Shown here: positions 19,686 through 30,473 of the stretch, one piece after another
Position numbering within the stretch: position 1 is the stretch's first letter
How the letters are laid out: every line of letters begins with the position of its first letter
DNA from: Pseudomonadota bacterium
GTDB lineage: Bacteria; Pseudomonadota; Alphaproteobacteria; Rhodobacterales; Rhodobacteraceae
Reading direction: 5' to 3'
DNA: 64,000 nt
Assembly: GCA_039178805.1 (NCBI GenBank)
Contig: JBCDFC010000001.1
Coordinates: 534-64,533 of the forward strand
The notes under the pieces: generated by a model
The model's database searches: none
The model's input: only the letters and a program-made list of their open reading frames with translations
Told to the model about the DNA's origin: nothing
Made by a program: the position numbers and the translations under genes

Positions 19686-21068
19686 CTACAGCACCCTGGT
19701 GAGGAATAGGCAGAGACCGGGTAGGAGCAGCAGCAGCGCTGTCCGCAGAAGTTCGACCGCAAAGAACGGGGCGACGCCGCGAAAGATGGTGCCGAGGCTC
19801 GTGTTGGGTGAGAACGACTTGATGACGAAAACATTGAGGCCAACGGGGGGCGTGATCAGCCCCAGTTCGACGACGACGAGCGCCAGGATCCCGAACCAGA
19901 TCTTCAGCTCATCGGTAGTCATGCCGAAAGCAGCGTCAGCGGCACTGACGAAATCGCCGCCGTTCAGCTCGATCAGCACGGGCCAGAAGAACGGCACCAC
20001 GACGAGGATCATGGAGAGCGACTCCATGAAGCAACCGAGCGCGATGAGGGCGAGCAGCATCACGAGGAGCACCGCATAGGGTTCGAGCGTCGATGCGGCG
20101 GCCCAGTCGCTGAGCGCCATCGGCAGGCCTGTTCGCGCAAAAAAGCCCTTCAGGATGTCGGCCGAGAACAGGATGAAGTAGATCATCGCAGCCGTTTTGG
20201 ACGTCGACAGGAGCGCTGCTCGCAGGCGTGGCCAGGTGAGCCCGTCGGCCGAGGACGCCCTGCGCGCGAGCCCATAGGCGAGGATCAGGAACACGCCGAT
20301 GGCGGCCGCGGGCGTGGGAGTGAAGAGCCCCATGCCGAGCCCCAGGATGATCGTGCCGAAGATCGTAGCGACCGGCAGGAGGCGACGGATTGCAGTGCTG
20401 ATCTCATCGGCCGTCATCTCTGCTGCCGGTGGCGCGATCGAGGGATCTCGTGCGACGCGCAACCGGATCGCGATCAGGAAAAAGACGACCGCGAGGATGC
20501 CAGGCACGATCGCCGCCTGGAACATCTGGATGATCGAGGCTTCGACGACGATGGCGTAGATCACGAGCGCGACCGAGGGCGGGATGAGAATGCCGAGCGT
20601 GCCACCTGCGGCAAGCACGCCGGTCGAGAGCGTCTCGGCATAGCGTAGCCGCCTAAGCTCGGGCAGGGCGACGCGGCTCATGGTAGAGGCGGTCGCGACG
20701 GAGGATCCGCTCACCGCGCCGAAGCCTGCGCAGGCGAGGATCGTCGCCATCGCCACGCCGCCACGGACACGCCGGGTGAGGGCTGCCATGCCGTGAAAGA
20801 GATCGCGGCTGAGCCCCGTTTCGGCGGCGAGGAACCCCATCAGAATGAAGAGCGGTACGACCGAGAGATCGTAGTTCGCGACGGTGTTCCAGAGCGCCGT
20901 TTTGAACTGCAGCAGGTAGGGTCCAAACTTGAGGAACGGGGAGACGAGGCTCACGACCCAGGAGCCGACGACCCCCGTGACCAGCATCGCAAGCGCTACG
21001 GGCACGCGGAGGAGAATGAGAATGAGGAGAGCGAGGAGCCCGAACACCCCGACAAGCTCACGCTCCAT
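19686..21068 (-). CDS. dctM: TRAP transporter large permease
   Basis: VVPLFILMG, GGTLGILIPPS and LITPPVGLNVF. Confidence 0.93.
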   Translation of the reverse strand: MERELVGVFGLLALLILILLRVPVALAMLVTGVVGSWVVSLVSPFLKFGPYLLQFKTALWNTVANYDLSVVPLFILMGFLAAETGLSRDLFHGMAALTRRVRGGVAMATILACAGFGAVSGSSVATASTMSRVALPELRRLRYAETLSTGVLAAGGTLGILIPPSVALVIYAIVVEASIIQMFQAAIVPGILAVVFFLIAIRLRVARDPSIAPPAAEMTADEISTAIRRLLPVATIFGTIILGLGMGLFTPTPAAAIGVFLILAYGLARRASSADGLTWPRLRAALLSTSKTAAMIYFILFSADILKGFFARTGLPMALSDWAAASTLEPYAVLLVMLLALIALGCFMESLSMILVVVPFFWPVLIELNGGDFVSAADAAFGMTTDELKIWFGILALVVVELGLITPPVGLNVFVIKSFSPNTSLGTIFRGVAPFFAVELLRTALLLLLPGLCLFLTRVL

Positions 21069-21570
21069 CAGACTGCTCGCCTTCCCCCGCTACAGCAGCG
21101 ACCGCCGCCCCGGCCCATAGCAGGCAGGACAGAACAGCCGGCGGCAGGAAGACCCAGACGGGCCAGCCCAGGACCGGTGTCTCGGTCCCGTCATCCCGCA
21201 TCTCTGCCGCCCCCCAGGCCAGCATCGCGGCGAGCGCGAGGGCGAGGGCGGCCGTGAGCGCAGCCGAGATCACGGCCACGCCGCGGCTTGCCCAAGGCGG
21301 CGCGTGCTGCATCAGAACATCGACGACCGCATGGCCGCCGTGGAGCTGGCAGTAGGGAAACATGGCGAGCGCCGCGACACCGACGAACATCGTCACCGCG
21401 TCCTCGTAGCCGGGCAGCCCGGACACGTCGGCGCCTAAGGTGCTCACCAGAACATCTGCGGTGAACCCGGCCGCATTGACCGCCGTGAGAGCGACGACGG
21501 CAAGCAGCAACAAACCGCCGAGGAGCGCCCACGCCTCGACGACCCTGCGGAAGACCGTGCCCAACGGCAT
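21058..21570 (-). CDS. dctQ: TRAP transporter small permease
   Basis: Four TM helices, FPYCQLHGGHAVVD; lies between dctP and dctM. Confidence 0.88.
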   Translation of the reverse strand: MPLGTVFRRVVEAWALLGGLLLLAVVALTAVNAAGFTADVLVSTLGADVSGLPGYEDAVTMFVGVAALAMFPYCQLHGGHAVVDVLMQHAPPWASRGVAVISAALTAALALALAAMLAWGAAEMRDDGTETPVLGWPVWVFLPPAVLSCLLWAGAAVAAVAGEGEQSDGA

Positions 21571-21583
21571 GGCTACTAGGCCG

Positions 21584-22621
21584 TTACTCTGAATGCCTGG
21601 CGACAGCCGCCTTCGCACCGCTTAGAAGCGCCGCGCCGTCGATTCCGTTCTCCTCGACTTCGGCGAGCCAACGTTCTTCGACCGCCTCGAACGCGGGGTT
21701 GAGAGACGCGGTCGCTGCCTCATCGAGGGCGACGACGCTGTTGCCCGCATCGGTTGCGATCTTTTTACCGACGGGTTCGATCCCGTCCCAGGCCTCGCCC
21801 ATTCGGCCCGCCAGCGCGGCGCTGGAATGCTCGTCGATCACCTTTTGCAGATCGGGTGGTAGGCTCTCATACGCGTCCTTGTTCATGGCGAACAGGAAGG
21901 TCGCTGCGCCGAAACGCCCGCCGTCATGCAGCTCCACCGAGGTTTCGGTCAGTTCTGCAAGACGAAGCGGGATCGCCACTTCGAACGGGACGAGGGCTGC
22001 ATCAACTGTCTTCTTCGACAGCGCTTGCGGAAGTGCGGGAACCGGCATGCCGACAGGCTCAGCGCCCAGTTCCTCCAACATCCAAACACCGGTGCGCGAC
22101 GGGCTCCGCACCTTGAGCCCAGCGAAGTCCGCCAGGCTGTTCACGTCGCCCGAGGCGAGATGGAGCGCGTTGCCCGCGTGCACATGCACGAGGATGGGAT
22201 GCACATCGGCGAGATCCGGTCCGATCGCTGCCATCATGTCCTGGATGGCGAGGTTCGTTGCTTCGGCGCTGCCGCGATGGACGCTCGGTAGCTCGAACAC
22301 TTCCAGTCTCGGGAAGACGCCTGGGGTGTAGCCAGGAAGGGTCCAAACCAGGTCGACCACGCCGTCGCGCACTTGGCTGTAGAGTTCTGGCGGTTTGCCG
22401 CCGAGCGCCATCGCCGGGAAGATCTCGAAGGCGATGCGGCCGTCCGATGCTTCCTCCACTGCCTTCGCCCACGGCTCGATCAGCGCCGTGTGGTTCAGCG
22501 CCTTTGGGCTGAGGAAGTGATGGATCGAGAAGGTGAACTCCTGCGCCTGCGCGGGGGCTGCCATGCCGAGTGCGACGACGATGGCGCCGAGCGTTCCTGC
22601 CACGCTCGTTCTGCTCTTCAT
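21584..22621 (-). CDS. dctP: TRAP substrate-binding protein
   Basis: Signal peptide, HHFLSP, YTPGVFP, GLKVRSP (conserved Arg); SD ggagga before ATG 22621. Confidence 0.92.
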   Translation of the reverse strand: MKSRTSVAGTLGAIVVALGMAAPAQAQEFTFSIHHFLSPKALNHTALIEPWAKAVEEASDGRIAFEIFPAMALGGKPPELYSQVRDGVVDLVWTLPGYTPGVFPRLEVFELPSVHRGSAEATNLAIQDMMAAIGPDLADVHPILVHVHAGNALHLASGDVNSLADFAGLKVRSPSRTGVWMLEELGAEPVGMPVPALPQALSKKTVDAALVPFEVAIPLRLAELTETSVELHDGGRFGAATFLFAMNKDAYESLPPDLQKVIDEHSSAALAGRMGEAWDGIEPVGKKIATDAGNSVVALDEAATASLNPAFEAVEERWLAEVEENGIDGAALLSGAKAAVARHSE

Positions 22622-22709
22622 CGGTATCCTCCAGGAACTTCTGCCGCGCCGGTTGGCGGCGACCACCGCCGCCATTCGCATATCCCTTCGCGCAGCAATT
22701 GCAAGCCGA

Positions 22710-24704
22710 TCACTTCCGCGCAACGTCGCGGAGAATGCGATCGAACCCCTGCTTCAAGAGCTGGCGCGCAAAGAAACGCGCACCATCGATTGTGTAGTGC
22801 CCATAGTCATAGAACGATTTCCGGCCGTCGGGGGTAATGCCCCAGCACGCTTCGTTCGAGTGCGAGCAGACTATCGAACGCTTGTCGATAAATGGAATGG
22901 AACGCGACGCAGCGAGAGTGCTGACGTTGCGATGCGCAGTTGCTGGAGTGTGCGAGCGCGCGAAGTATGCCTGATTTACGTTATTCGCGAAGGCTGCCGC
23001 GTTTCCTGCAAGTTCTAGCGCTGTGCGGCCCTCTCCGCGTTCGGCTATGGCGAGCATGTGGTCCAAGATTGTCAGCTCGCCGATGGGTTCAAACTCCACC
23101 GATGGTCCGAATAGGATCAGAGCTTTGCCATCGCGATCAGCGCGCTCGATGAACTGCTCCAAACCGTCGAAATCCGATGAGCGATGGTCGAAATAGGCGC
23201 TCGATACGCAGGTCCGGTCCGCATTGTAGCGGGTGGAGACGATGATGACTGCCGCCTTGTTGTAGGCCTCGCTTGAATAGAACGCCTCTCGATCCGGCCG
23301 TGCATCCTCGTTCGCCTCGTCGAAGCACGCTAGGTGGATTTGATAGTTCAAGAACTCGAAGCCTGGGTACGCCAATGGCTCGAGGACGAGCAGATTGAAT
23401 GTGTCCTTGCTGTGCGAGTTGCCGACCACCAGGACAGGTACGGACGCCGGGTCGGCGAAGTCGGTCTTCGCACGGGCGCGTTTCCAGCTCTCTTTCCGCA
23501 AGCTCACATTGTCGCGCTCGATCTGGAGCGTCCCAGTGAAACTTGTCTCAACGGTGCGCCCTTGGATGCCGGTGGCTGCGCCGATGAGTGTCGTCACGAC
23601 GAGAGTGATTATCGCGAGGAAAGCACGCGAACCGATGCGGTTTGAATGTCGGAATGGCTGCTCGATGAGGAGGTAGGCTAGGATCGAGAGGAGAACGGTG
23701 ATCAGGATAAGGACAACGGTCTCCAGCGGGTCTTGCATGCGTCCGTCGAGGCGCGCGAAGGCAAAGATCGGGAAGTGCCAAAGGTAGAGAGAGAACGAGA
23801 TGCGGCCGCAGCCGCGCAGGGCGTTCCAGGACAGCAGGCGAGCCACGATATCGCCAGGCCGGCAGAAGATGAGTACAGCCGCCGTAGACAGTGCTGGGAG
23901 GAGTGTCACGAGCCCCGGATGCGGCGTTGTGCCGTCGAACCACAGGATCGACCAAAGGATGCCGATCAAGCCGGCGATCGCGAGCCAGACGCGCCAGCGG
24001 ATTGGGTCGGCCGCAGGGCCTCGGTGTGAGTTGCCTCTCGAACGATGCTCCCAAGCTGCCACACCGACGCCAATCAGCAGCTCCCAGGCCCTGGAGAGTG
24101 GATTGAAGAACGCGAAAGCGGGGTTCGGCCGGACCGTCGCCTCCGCCAGCGCGAGGCTTGCGATGCCGAGAAAGAGGGCTAGGCCCCAACCGTAGTTTCT
24201 CGGCAGCTTTCGCCACATGAGGAAAGCCAATGGTGCCAGCAAGTAGAACTGCTCTTCGACGCCGAGGCTCCATGTGTGGAGGAGCGGTTTCGTGAGCGAC
24301 GCGGTCGCTCCGTAGTCTGTCGTGACGCCGTAGAAGTAGAGATTGGAGACGAAGATGAGCGCTGAGAGCGCGCTGAGCCGGAACTCAAAAAAGCTCGAAG
24401 GATCGAGCATGAGCCAGCCAACGGGGAAGCATGCTGTCATAACGAAGAACAGCGCAGGCAGGATCCGTCGCGCGCGTCTGAGGTAGAAGGCGCCGATCCG
24501 GAGGCGGCCGGTTTCCTGCAGTTCGGTCAAGATCAGACGGGCGATGAGGTAGCCGCTGATCACAAAGAAGATGTCGACACCGACGTAACCACCGCTGGCC
24601 TCGATGCCCAACGGCCCAATGAGGCGGGTGTGATAGAACAGCACGCTGATGACGGCGATCGCACGAAGCCCATCGATCTCTGGTCTGTAGGGAGGCGCGT
24701 TCAA
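22710..24704 (-). CDS. Acyltransferase-3 with SGNH domain (OafA/OatA-like O-acetyltransferase)
   Basis: YRPEIDGLRA, GVDIFFVISG, HTWSLGVEEQFY, GNSH and DYGH. Confidence 0.9.
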   Translation of the reverse strand: MNAPPYRPEIDGLRAIAVISVLFYHTRLIGPLGIEASGGYVGVDIFFVISGYLIARLILTELQETGRLRIGAFYLRRARRILPALFFVMTACFPVGWLMLDPSSFFEFRLSALSALIFVSNLYFYGVTTDYGATASLTKPLLHTWSLGVEEQFYLLAPLAFLMWRKLPRNYGWGLALFLGIASLALAEATVRPNPAFAFFNPLSRAWELLIGVGVAAWEHRSRGNSHRGPAADPIRWRVWLAIAGLIGILWSILWFDGTTPHPGLVTLLPALSTAAVLIFCRPGDIVARLLSWNALRGCGRISFSLYLWHFPIFAFARLDGRMQDPLETVVLILITVLLSILAYLLIEQPFRHSNRIGSRAFLAIITLVVTTLIGAATGIQGRTVETSFTGTLQIERDNVSLRKESWKRARAKTDFADPASVPVLVVGNSHSKDTFNLLVLEPLAYPGFEFLNYQIHLACFDEANEDARPDREAFYSSEAYNKAAVIIVSTRYNADRTCVSSAYFDHRSSDFDGLEQFIERADRDGKALILFGPSVEFEPIGELTILDHMLAIAERGEGRTALELAGNAAAFANNVNQAYFARSHTPATAHRNVSTLAASRSIPFIDKRSIVCSHSNEACWGITPDGRKSFYDYGHYTIDGARFFARQLLKQGFDRILRDVARK

Positions 24705-24979
24705 GTCTCTGAGTGCTCCGAACCGCTGTGCTTACTCGTCGTGGCGACATCCCCGGCGTCCCGTCAGATCAGCCTCGGCAGGGGATCGCACACCGTTCTC
24801 TAGGCCTTCATGCGGCGCGTTGCGACGATCCTACCATGCAGCGTCAACTTGAATGCTGTCGTGCTTGCGCTTACTGAACGGCGTCCAGCTATGCGCGGCC
24901 CAGCCGGCGCTCGCCAGGTGAAGTCTCCTCGTATCCGTCGTCCGGCGTGCAGCGCCGTCTCGGTGCGAGGGTGCCTAAT

Positions 24980-27900
24980 ATGGCTGGAGAGCGCAGCTTG
25001 ACGAACGCCGTCAGAAGCACGGGCCTTTACGACAGCACGCGCGAACACAGCGCGTGCGGTGTTGGCTTTCTTACGCGCAAGGACGGGCGACAGACGCATG
25101 ACGTGCTTCTGAAGGGGCATGAGGCGCTCTGTGCCGTGCCTCATCGTGGCGGGATGTCTTCAGAAGGGGTTGGCGATGGCGCTGGCGTGTCGGTCGATCT
25201 TTCGCTTGGGTTTTTCAGCCGGCTGACCGGACGCACGCTCAAAGCCGGATCCTTTGGCGTCGGCAATTTTTTCCTGCCGGCCGATCCGGCGGCGCGGGCG
25301 AGGGCGCGCGGCATTGTCGATGACGCCTTGCGCGATGCGGGCTTCCAGACCCTGCTGAAGCGCGACCTACCGGTTGACGAGACCAAGATCGGACCCCGAG
25401 CGGTGCGGCAACAATTGCCGATCGAGCAGTGGATCTTCGCCGCGCCCGACGGTCTGGTCGGCGCTGCCCTCGACAGCCGTATCCATGGCGCGCTCCTCGC
25501 CATTGAAGCCATCGCCTACACCGAGCCTGAGTTGGACGGGCTCTATCCGCTGTCGCTTTCCGCGCGGATGCAAGTGTTCAAAGGGCGGCTAAACTCCTGG
25601 GAGATCGTCCCCTATTTCACCGATCTCTCGGATCCGGACCACGCGGTCCACACCATGTATTTCCACACCCGGTTCTCCACGAACACGGACCCGCATCCGA
25701 CCATGGCGCAGCCATTCCGCCTTATGGCGCATAACGGCGAGCTCAATACAGACAAGAAGAACAGGCTCTCGGAGACGGCGATTGCGCTGGCACGGAACAA
25801 GGCGATCGTGCGTCCGCGCGGGCAGTCCGACAGTTGCCGGTTGGATCAGACGCTGAACGCCCGGGTTTTCGAGGAAGGGCTGGATATCGTTGCGGCGGTC
25901 GTCGCGATGATGCCGCCTGCGTGGGAGAACGATACGCGCCTTAGCCCAAACGTGCGGGCGATGCTGGAGTACTTCTCGCTCTCCGAGGAGAAGAACGACG
26001 GGCCGGCCGCGCTGATCTTCGGAAACGGTACCATCATCGGGGCGCGGCTCGATCGGCTTGGGCTGCGGCCACTGCGTTCGGTCGAGACGGACGAGTATCT
26101 GGCGGTGATGTCGGAAGCGGGGCAGATCGCCTTCCCGCCCGAGACAGTGACGAAGCGCGGACGCGTCGAAGCGGGTGGCATGATCTATTGGGATCACGCT
26201 GAGGGCCGGGCCTATGAGACCGAGGAGGCGCTCGAGCTTTTAGCCGCCCAGGCGGATTACACGAGCCTGCTGAAGGCGGCGCAGGTCAACATCGATGATC
26301 TTCCCGCTGCCGAAGGCGATCGGAGGCTCGCTGCGACCCGGTATCTTGGCGATCTGGAGCAATCCGCGCGCTATGTCGCCTACACTCATAATCTGGAGAG
26401 CTTTAAGTTCCTGATGGACCCGATGCTTCAGTCCGGCGCTGAGAAAGTGTCGGCGATGGGCTATGGGAACGCGATCAACGCTCTCTCCGACAATGAGGGC
26501 GGTGTCGCGAAGTACTTCAGTCAGCGCTTCGCTCAGGTGACGAACCCCCCGCTCGACTCGATACGCGAGGCGGATGGAATGACCTTGCGGGTCGCGCTCG
26601 GTGAGAAGGCTCATCTTGGCCATTCGCGCTCGCGGCAGATCGTGGTCAACTCGCCGGTTCTTCGCATGGCCGATATGCTGAAGATCAAGGCACAGAGTGA
26701 GACGCCTTGGGATCAGTTCGAAATCCTCTACGCGCCTGTCTATGGCGACGCGAAAGCCAATGAAGCGGCGTTGGTCGAGGCGATCGATGCCGTGGCGAAC
26801 GAGGTCGTGGCCTTCGCCAGAGAGCGAGGTGGGATCGCGATCTTGACGGACCGCCATATCTCCCGCGAGCGGGCGGCGATGCCGATGACACTGGCCGTCT
26901 CCGCCATCAATCAGCGTCTGATCGAAGAGGGTCTTAGGCTCAAGCTCAGCCTGATCGTGGAGAGCGGGCAGATCGCCTCGTCGCATCACATCGCCTGCGC
27001 GCTCGGCTTCGGGGGATCGGCAGTCTACCCGCTGGCCGTCCGGTTGCGAGCGGAGGAGCTTTTCGGGGACGATGCGACCGCAGCGTATGTGAAGTTTCAG
27101 AAGGCGGCCGAGAAAGCCCTGATGAAGACCATGGGCAAGGTCGGTCTTTGCACGGTCGAGAGCTATTCGGGCGGCGAGTTCTTCGAGCCGAATTTCCTCG
27201 ACACCGATGACCCGGTCTTCGCCCGGTATCTGCCGAACATGAAGACACCGGTGGGTGGTGTGCGGTTCAACACGATTGCGCAGTCGGTGGCGGATTGGCA
27301 CGAGCGCGCGTTGAGCGTGACGGCCCCGTCCGAGATCCCGATGCTGGGGCTTTTCAAGGAGCGCTCTGAGGGTGCGGGACACAGCTATGGCACGACCGCC
27401 GTGCGCGGCTTCGTCGATCTGACCGAGGAGGCGATCGCCTTTGCCGGTGCCGAGGCGCCTGATGGTGAGACCGACCCCCTCCGCCTGCTGACCTTGCGCC
27501 AGTTGGACGATGCGTTCGGCATCGATGACCAGGGCTACATCAATACGAGCTTTGACAAGCTGACCCCCGCTGAGATCAACAGTTTCCGGATCACACCGGG
27601 CTACCGCGCGTTCTCGAGCATGATGGCGGCCGAGCGCCAACGCCGCCCGGCCGCGCTGCGCGACGTGTTGGACTTCCCGGCGGACATTACCTTTCTCGAC
27701 AAGGTTGCAGACATCAAACGTGAAATGATGCTGTTCAACCGGGCTGGGAACCGCGACTTCGTGATCCGCGGGATAGACTGTCAGGATCTGGGTAGTGGGG
27801 AGTTCCTGCTGCGGCTGACAGGCCCCAAGGCGCGGGATCTCGGCCGGCTCGATGCGCTCGCACAGTCGTTGATCGAACGTTTCGGCGCCGATCTTGAGGG

Positions 27901-30469
27901 CCACCACGTCACAAAGGGCGCGCTGAAAGTCGCGGCGAAAGGCTGGGCGCTCGACTATCTCTCACGCCTGCGCACGGCGCCTGAGCGGATCGAGCTGAGC
28001 GCGGTCGAGCCTGCATCTGCGATAACGCGGCGTCTTGCGTCGGGTGCCATGTCGCATGGTGCGTTGGTCGCCACCGCGCATGAGGCCGTGGCCCATGGCA
28101 CTAACATGGTCGGTGGCCTGTCGAACTCAGGCGAAGGCGGTGAGCATCTCAGCCGCTACGGCACGTTGCGCGCAAGCCGGATCAAGCAGTTCGCGAGTGG
28201 GCGCTTCGGCGTCTGGGCGGGGTACCTCGCGGATCCGTGCCTCGAAGAGCTTGAGATCAAGATCGGCCAGGGCGCCAAGCCGGGCGAAGGGGGGCAACTT
28301 CCGGCGCAGAAGGTCACGGTCGAGATTGCTGCGGCCCGTGGCGGCACGCCGGGTGTTGAGCTCGTGAGCCCACCACCGCATCACGACACCTACTCGATCG
28401 AAGATCTCGCCCAGCTCATCCACGACTGTAAGGCGGCGCGGAAGAAGGTCATCGTCAAGCTCGTAAGTTCCGAGGGGATCGGCACTATCGCCGTCGGGGT
28501 CGCGAAGGCCGGCGCCGATGTGATCAATGTCGCGGGCAATACGGGCGGCACGGGTGCTGCTTCGGTCACCTCGCTCAAATACACGGGGCGCGCGGCGGAG
28601 ATCGGCATCGCCGAGGTCCACCAGGCGCTTTCGCTGAACGGGATCCGGCAGAAGGTGTGGCTGCGCTGCTCTGGCGCGATGCAAACCGGCTCGGACGTTG
28701 TCAAAGCGGCGCTCCTCGGCGGCGACAGCTTCGAGTTCGGGACGACGGCGTTGATGATGCTGAAATGCGTCATGGCGAAGAACTGCAACGTGAAATGCCC
28801 TGCGGGCCTCACCACCAACCCCGAGGTCTTCGACGGCGATCCTCGTGCGCTTGCGCAGTATCTCTTGAACATCGCGCATGAGGTGCGGGAGATCCTGGCG
28901 CGATTGGGGCTACCTTCGATTGCGGCTGCCAGGGGGCGGTCGGATCTTCTGCATCTGCTCGATCATCCGGCCTCTGTCGGTCAGCTCAGCCTGCGTAACA
29001 TGCTCACGCGGGTGGATGAGAACCCGGTTGAGAACCCGGTCTATCTGGAGCGTGACTTCGCGCTCGACGACATGCTTGGCGAAGAGATCAGAGCGCGCCT
29101 TCTCTCCGGTGCCGAGGAGGCGATCACCTTGCGTGCCGAGGTGCCGCTCAACACCCGGAACAAAACCTTTGGAGGTCAGATCGCGATCGATGTCGAGCGG
29201 CGGCTGAACCATGAGGGGATCGTGCCGCGTGCCTCGTTCGAAAGCGCCCGGGGGCGGCGCTACTTGGATCACCGATCGGTCAGGATCGTGACCCATGGCG
29301 CGGCTGGGCAAAGCTTTGGCGCGTTCTGCAACGACGGCATGGTCCTTGAGCACACCGGCACCTGCAACGACGGGGTCGGCAAAGGTGCGTGCGGAGGAGA
29401 GATCGTCGTTCGGGCTCCGGCTGGCGGTGGTTCTGGCCAGGGGCAGAATGTGCTCATCGGCAATTTCGCGCTTTTCGGGGCGACCGGCGGGCGTACCTTC
29501 ATCGAAGGGGAGGCAGGCGACCGGTTCGCCGTGCGCAATTCGGGTGCGACCGCCGTCGTCGAAGGTGTGGGCGATTTCTGCGCCGAGTACATGACGAATG
29601 GCGCGGTATTGAACCTTGGCGGGTTCTCCAAGGGCTTCGGCAACGGCATGTCCGGCGGCTTTGCCTACCAGTACGACCCGGAAAACCGCTTGCTCGAACT
29701 GATGAGCCGCGACTCGGTCTTCTCCGGCCGGTTGGGCGATGGATCGGTCGAGGGCGAGATCCATACCGACGCCGTCAAGCAGTTGTTGACCTGGCATCTA
29801 GCGGCGACGGGATCCGCGAAGGCCAAGGCGTTGCTGGATCGTTGGGAGGATGTCCTGGGCGATTTCGCGTGGATCATGCCCAAGACGCTTCTGCAGTACC
29901 AAGATGCCGATGCGATCCTCGCGGCGCGGAGCCGTAAGGAGCTGATCGAGGAACTTTCGACGGCGCTCGCTGCGCATCAGATCGCTGAGCTCAAAGCGGC
30001 CTGGAAGTCCGGCACGCCGATCCATGGCGGTATCGCTCCGCTTCAGGCGGAGACTGATAGCGACACGATGCATCGTCTTCTCAACAGCTACACGGTTCTC
30101 GATGCTGCCCAGCGGCTGGCAGCAAAGCGCAGCGGGGGTGATGCGCTATCGCTCCAGAAACAGGCGCGCAACCTGATCCTGACCGAGGACTTCGCGCTCA
30201 TGTCGGTGCTGGCCAAGCACGCCAAGGCCGCGGTGTCGGACTATGACGATCAGGGCCTCGCGACGCTCGTGGCGCAGAAGCGGCTCGACGACTTCAAGCG
30301 CGCGCTCTCGCTCCGCAACATCCTCTCGATGGATAGCCCCGGCACCTATGCCTGGATCATCCATCAGGGCCGAAAGAACCGCGACGCCCTCGGCGCGATC
30401 CCGAGCTTCGACGAACTCTTTGCGCGCAGTGCTATGTCGGAGATCGCCTCGCGGCAGGCGGCTGAGTGA
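24980..30469 (+). CDS. gltB: Glutamate synthase large subunit, expanded variant (about 1830 aa)
   Basis: Ntn Cys (ACGVGF), HTRFSTNT, AHNGELN, FAQVTNPPLD, GQGAKPGEGGQLP, SPPPHHD, CVMAKNCNVKC Fe-S motif and GXGXG domain. Confidence 0.93.
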   Translation: MAGERSLTNAVRSTGLYDSTREHSACGVGFLTRKDGRQTHDVLLKGHEALCAVPHRGGMSSEGVGDGAGVSVDLSLGFFSRLTGRTLKAGSFGVGNFFLPADPAARARARGIVDDALRDAGFQTLLKRDLPVDETKIGPRAVRQQLPIEQWIFAAPDGLVGAALDSRIHGALLAIEAIAYTEPELDGLYPLSLSARMQVFKGRLNSWEIVPYFTDLSDPDHAVHTMYFHTRFSTNTDPHPTMAQPFRLMAHNGELNTDKKNRLSETAIALARNKAIVRPRGQSDSCRLDQTLNARVFEEGLDIVAAVVAMMPPAWENDTRLSPNVRAMLEYFSLSEEKNDGPAALIFGNGTIIGARLDRLGLRPLRSVETDEYLAVMSEAGQIAFPPETVTKRGRVEAGGMIYWDHAEGRAYETEEALELLAAQADYTSLLKAAQVNIDDLPAAEGDRRLAATRYLGDLEQSARYVAYTHNLESFKFLMDPMLQSGAEKVSAMGYGNAINALSDNEGGVAKYFSQRFAQVTNPPLDSIREADGMTLRVALGEKAHLGHSRSRQIVVNSPVLRMADMLKIKAQSETPWDQFEILYAPVYGDAKANEAALVEAIDAVANEVVAFARERGGIAILTDRHISRERAAMPMTLAVSAINQRLIEEGLRLKLSLIVESGQIASSHHIACALGFGGSAVYPLAVRLRAEELFGDDATAAYVKFQKAAEKALMKTMGKVGLCTVESYSGGEFFEPNFLDTDDPVFARYLPNMKTPVGGVRFNTIAQSVADWHERALSVTAPSEIPMLGLFKERSEGAGHSYGTTAVRGFVDLTEEAIAFAGAEAPDGETDPLRLLTLRQLDDAFGIDDQGYINTSFDKLTPAEINSFRITPGYRAFSSMMAAERQRRPAALRDVLDFPADITFLDKVADIKREMMLFNRAGNRDFVIRGIDCQDLGSGEFLLRLTGPKARDLGRLDALAQSLIERFGADLEGHHVTKGALKVAAKGWALDYLSRLRTAPERIELSAVEPASAITRRLASGAMSHGALVATAHEAVAHGTNMVGGLSNSGEGGEHLSRYGTLRASRIKQFASGRFGVWAGYLADPCLEELEIKIGQGAKPGEGGQLPAQKVTVEIAAARGGTPGVELVSPPPHHDTYSIEDLAQLIHDCKAARKKVIVKLVSSEGIGTIAVGVAKAGADVINVAGNTGGTGAASVTSLKYTGRAAEIGIAEVHQALSLNGIRQKVWLRCSGAMQTGSDVVKAALLGGDSFEFGTTALMMLKCVMAKNCNVKCPAGLTTNPEVFDGDPRALAQYLLNIAHEVREILARLGLPSIAAARGRSDLLHLLDHPASVGQLSLRNMLTRVDENPVENPVYLERDFALDDMLGEEIRARLLSGAEEAITLRAEVPLNTRNKTFGGQIAIDVERRLNHEGIVPRASFESARGRRYLDHRSVRIVTHGAAGQSFGAFCNDGMVLEHTGTCNDGVGKGACGGEIVVRAPAGGGSGQGQNVLIGNFALFGATGGRTFIEGEAGDRFAVRNSGATAVVEGVGDFCAEYMTNGAVLNLGGFSKGFGNGMSGGFAYQYDPENRLLELMSRDSVFSGRLGDGSVEGEIHTDAVKQLLTWHLAATGSAKAKALLDRWEDVLGDFAWIMPKTLLQYQDADAILAARSRKELIEELSTALAAHQIAELKAAWKSGTPIHGGIAPLQAETDSDTMHRLLNSYTVLDAAQRLAAKRSGGDALSLQKQARNLILTEDFALMSVLAKHAKAAVSDYDDQGLATLVAQKRLDDFKRALSLRNILSMDSPGTYAWIIHQGRKNRDALGAIPSFDELFARSAMSEIASRQAAE

Positions 30470-30473
30470 CATC

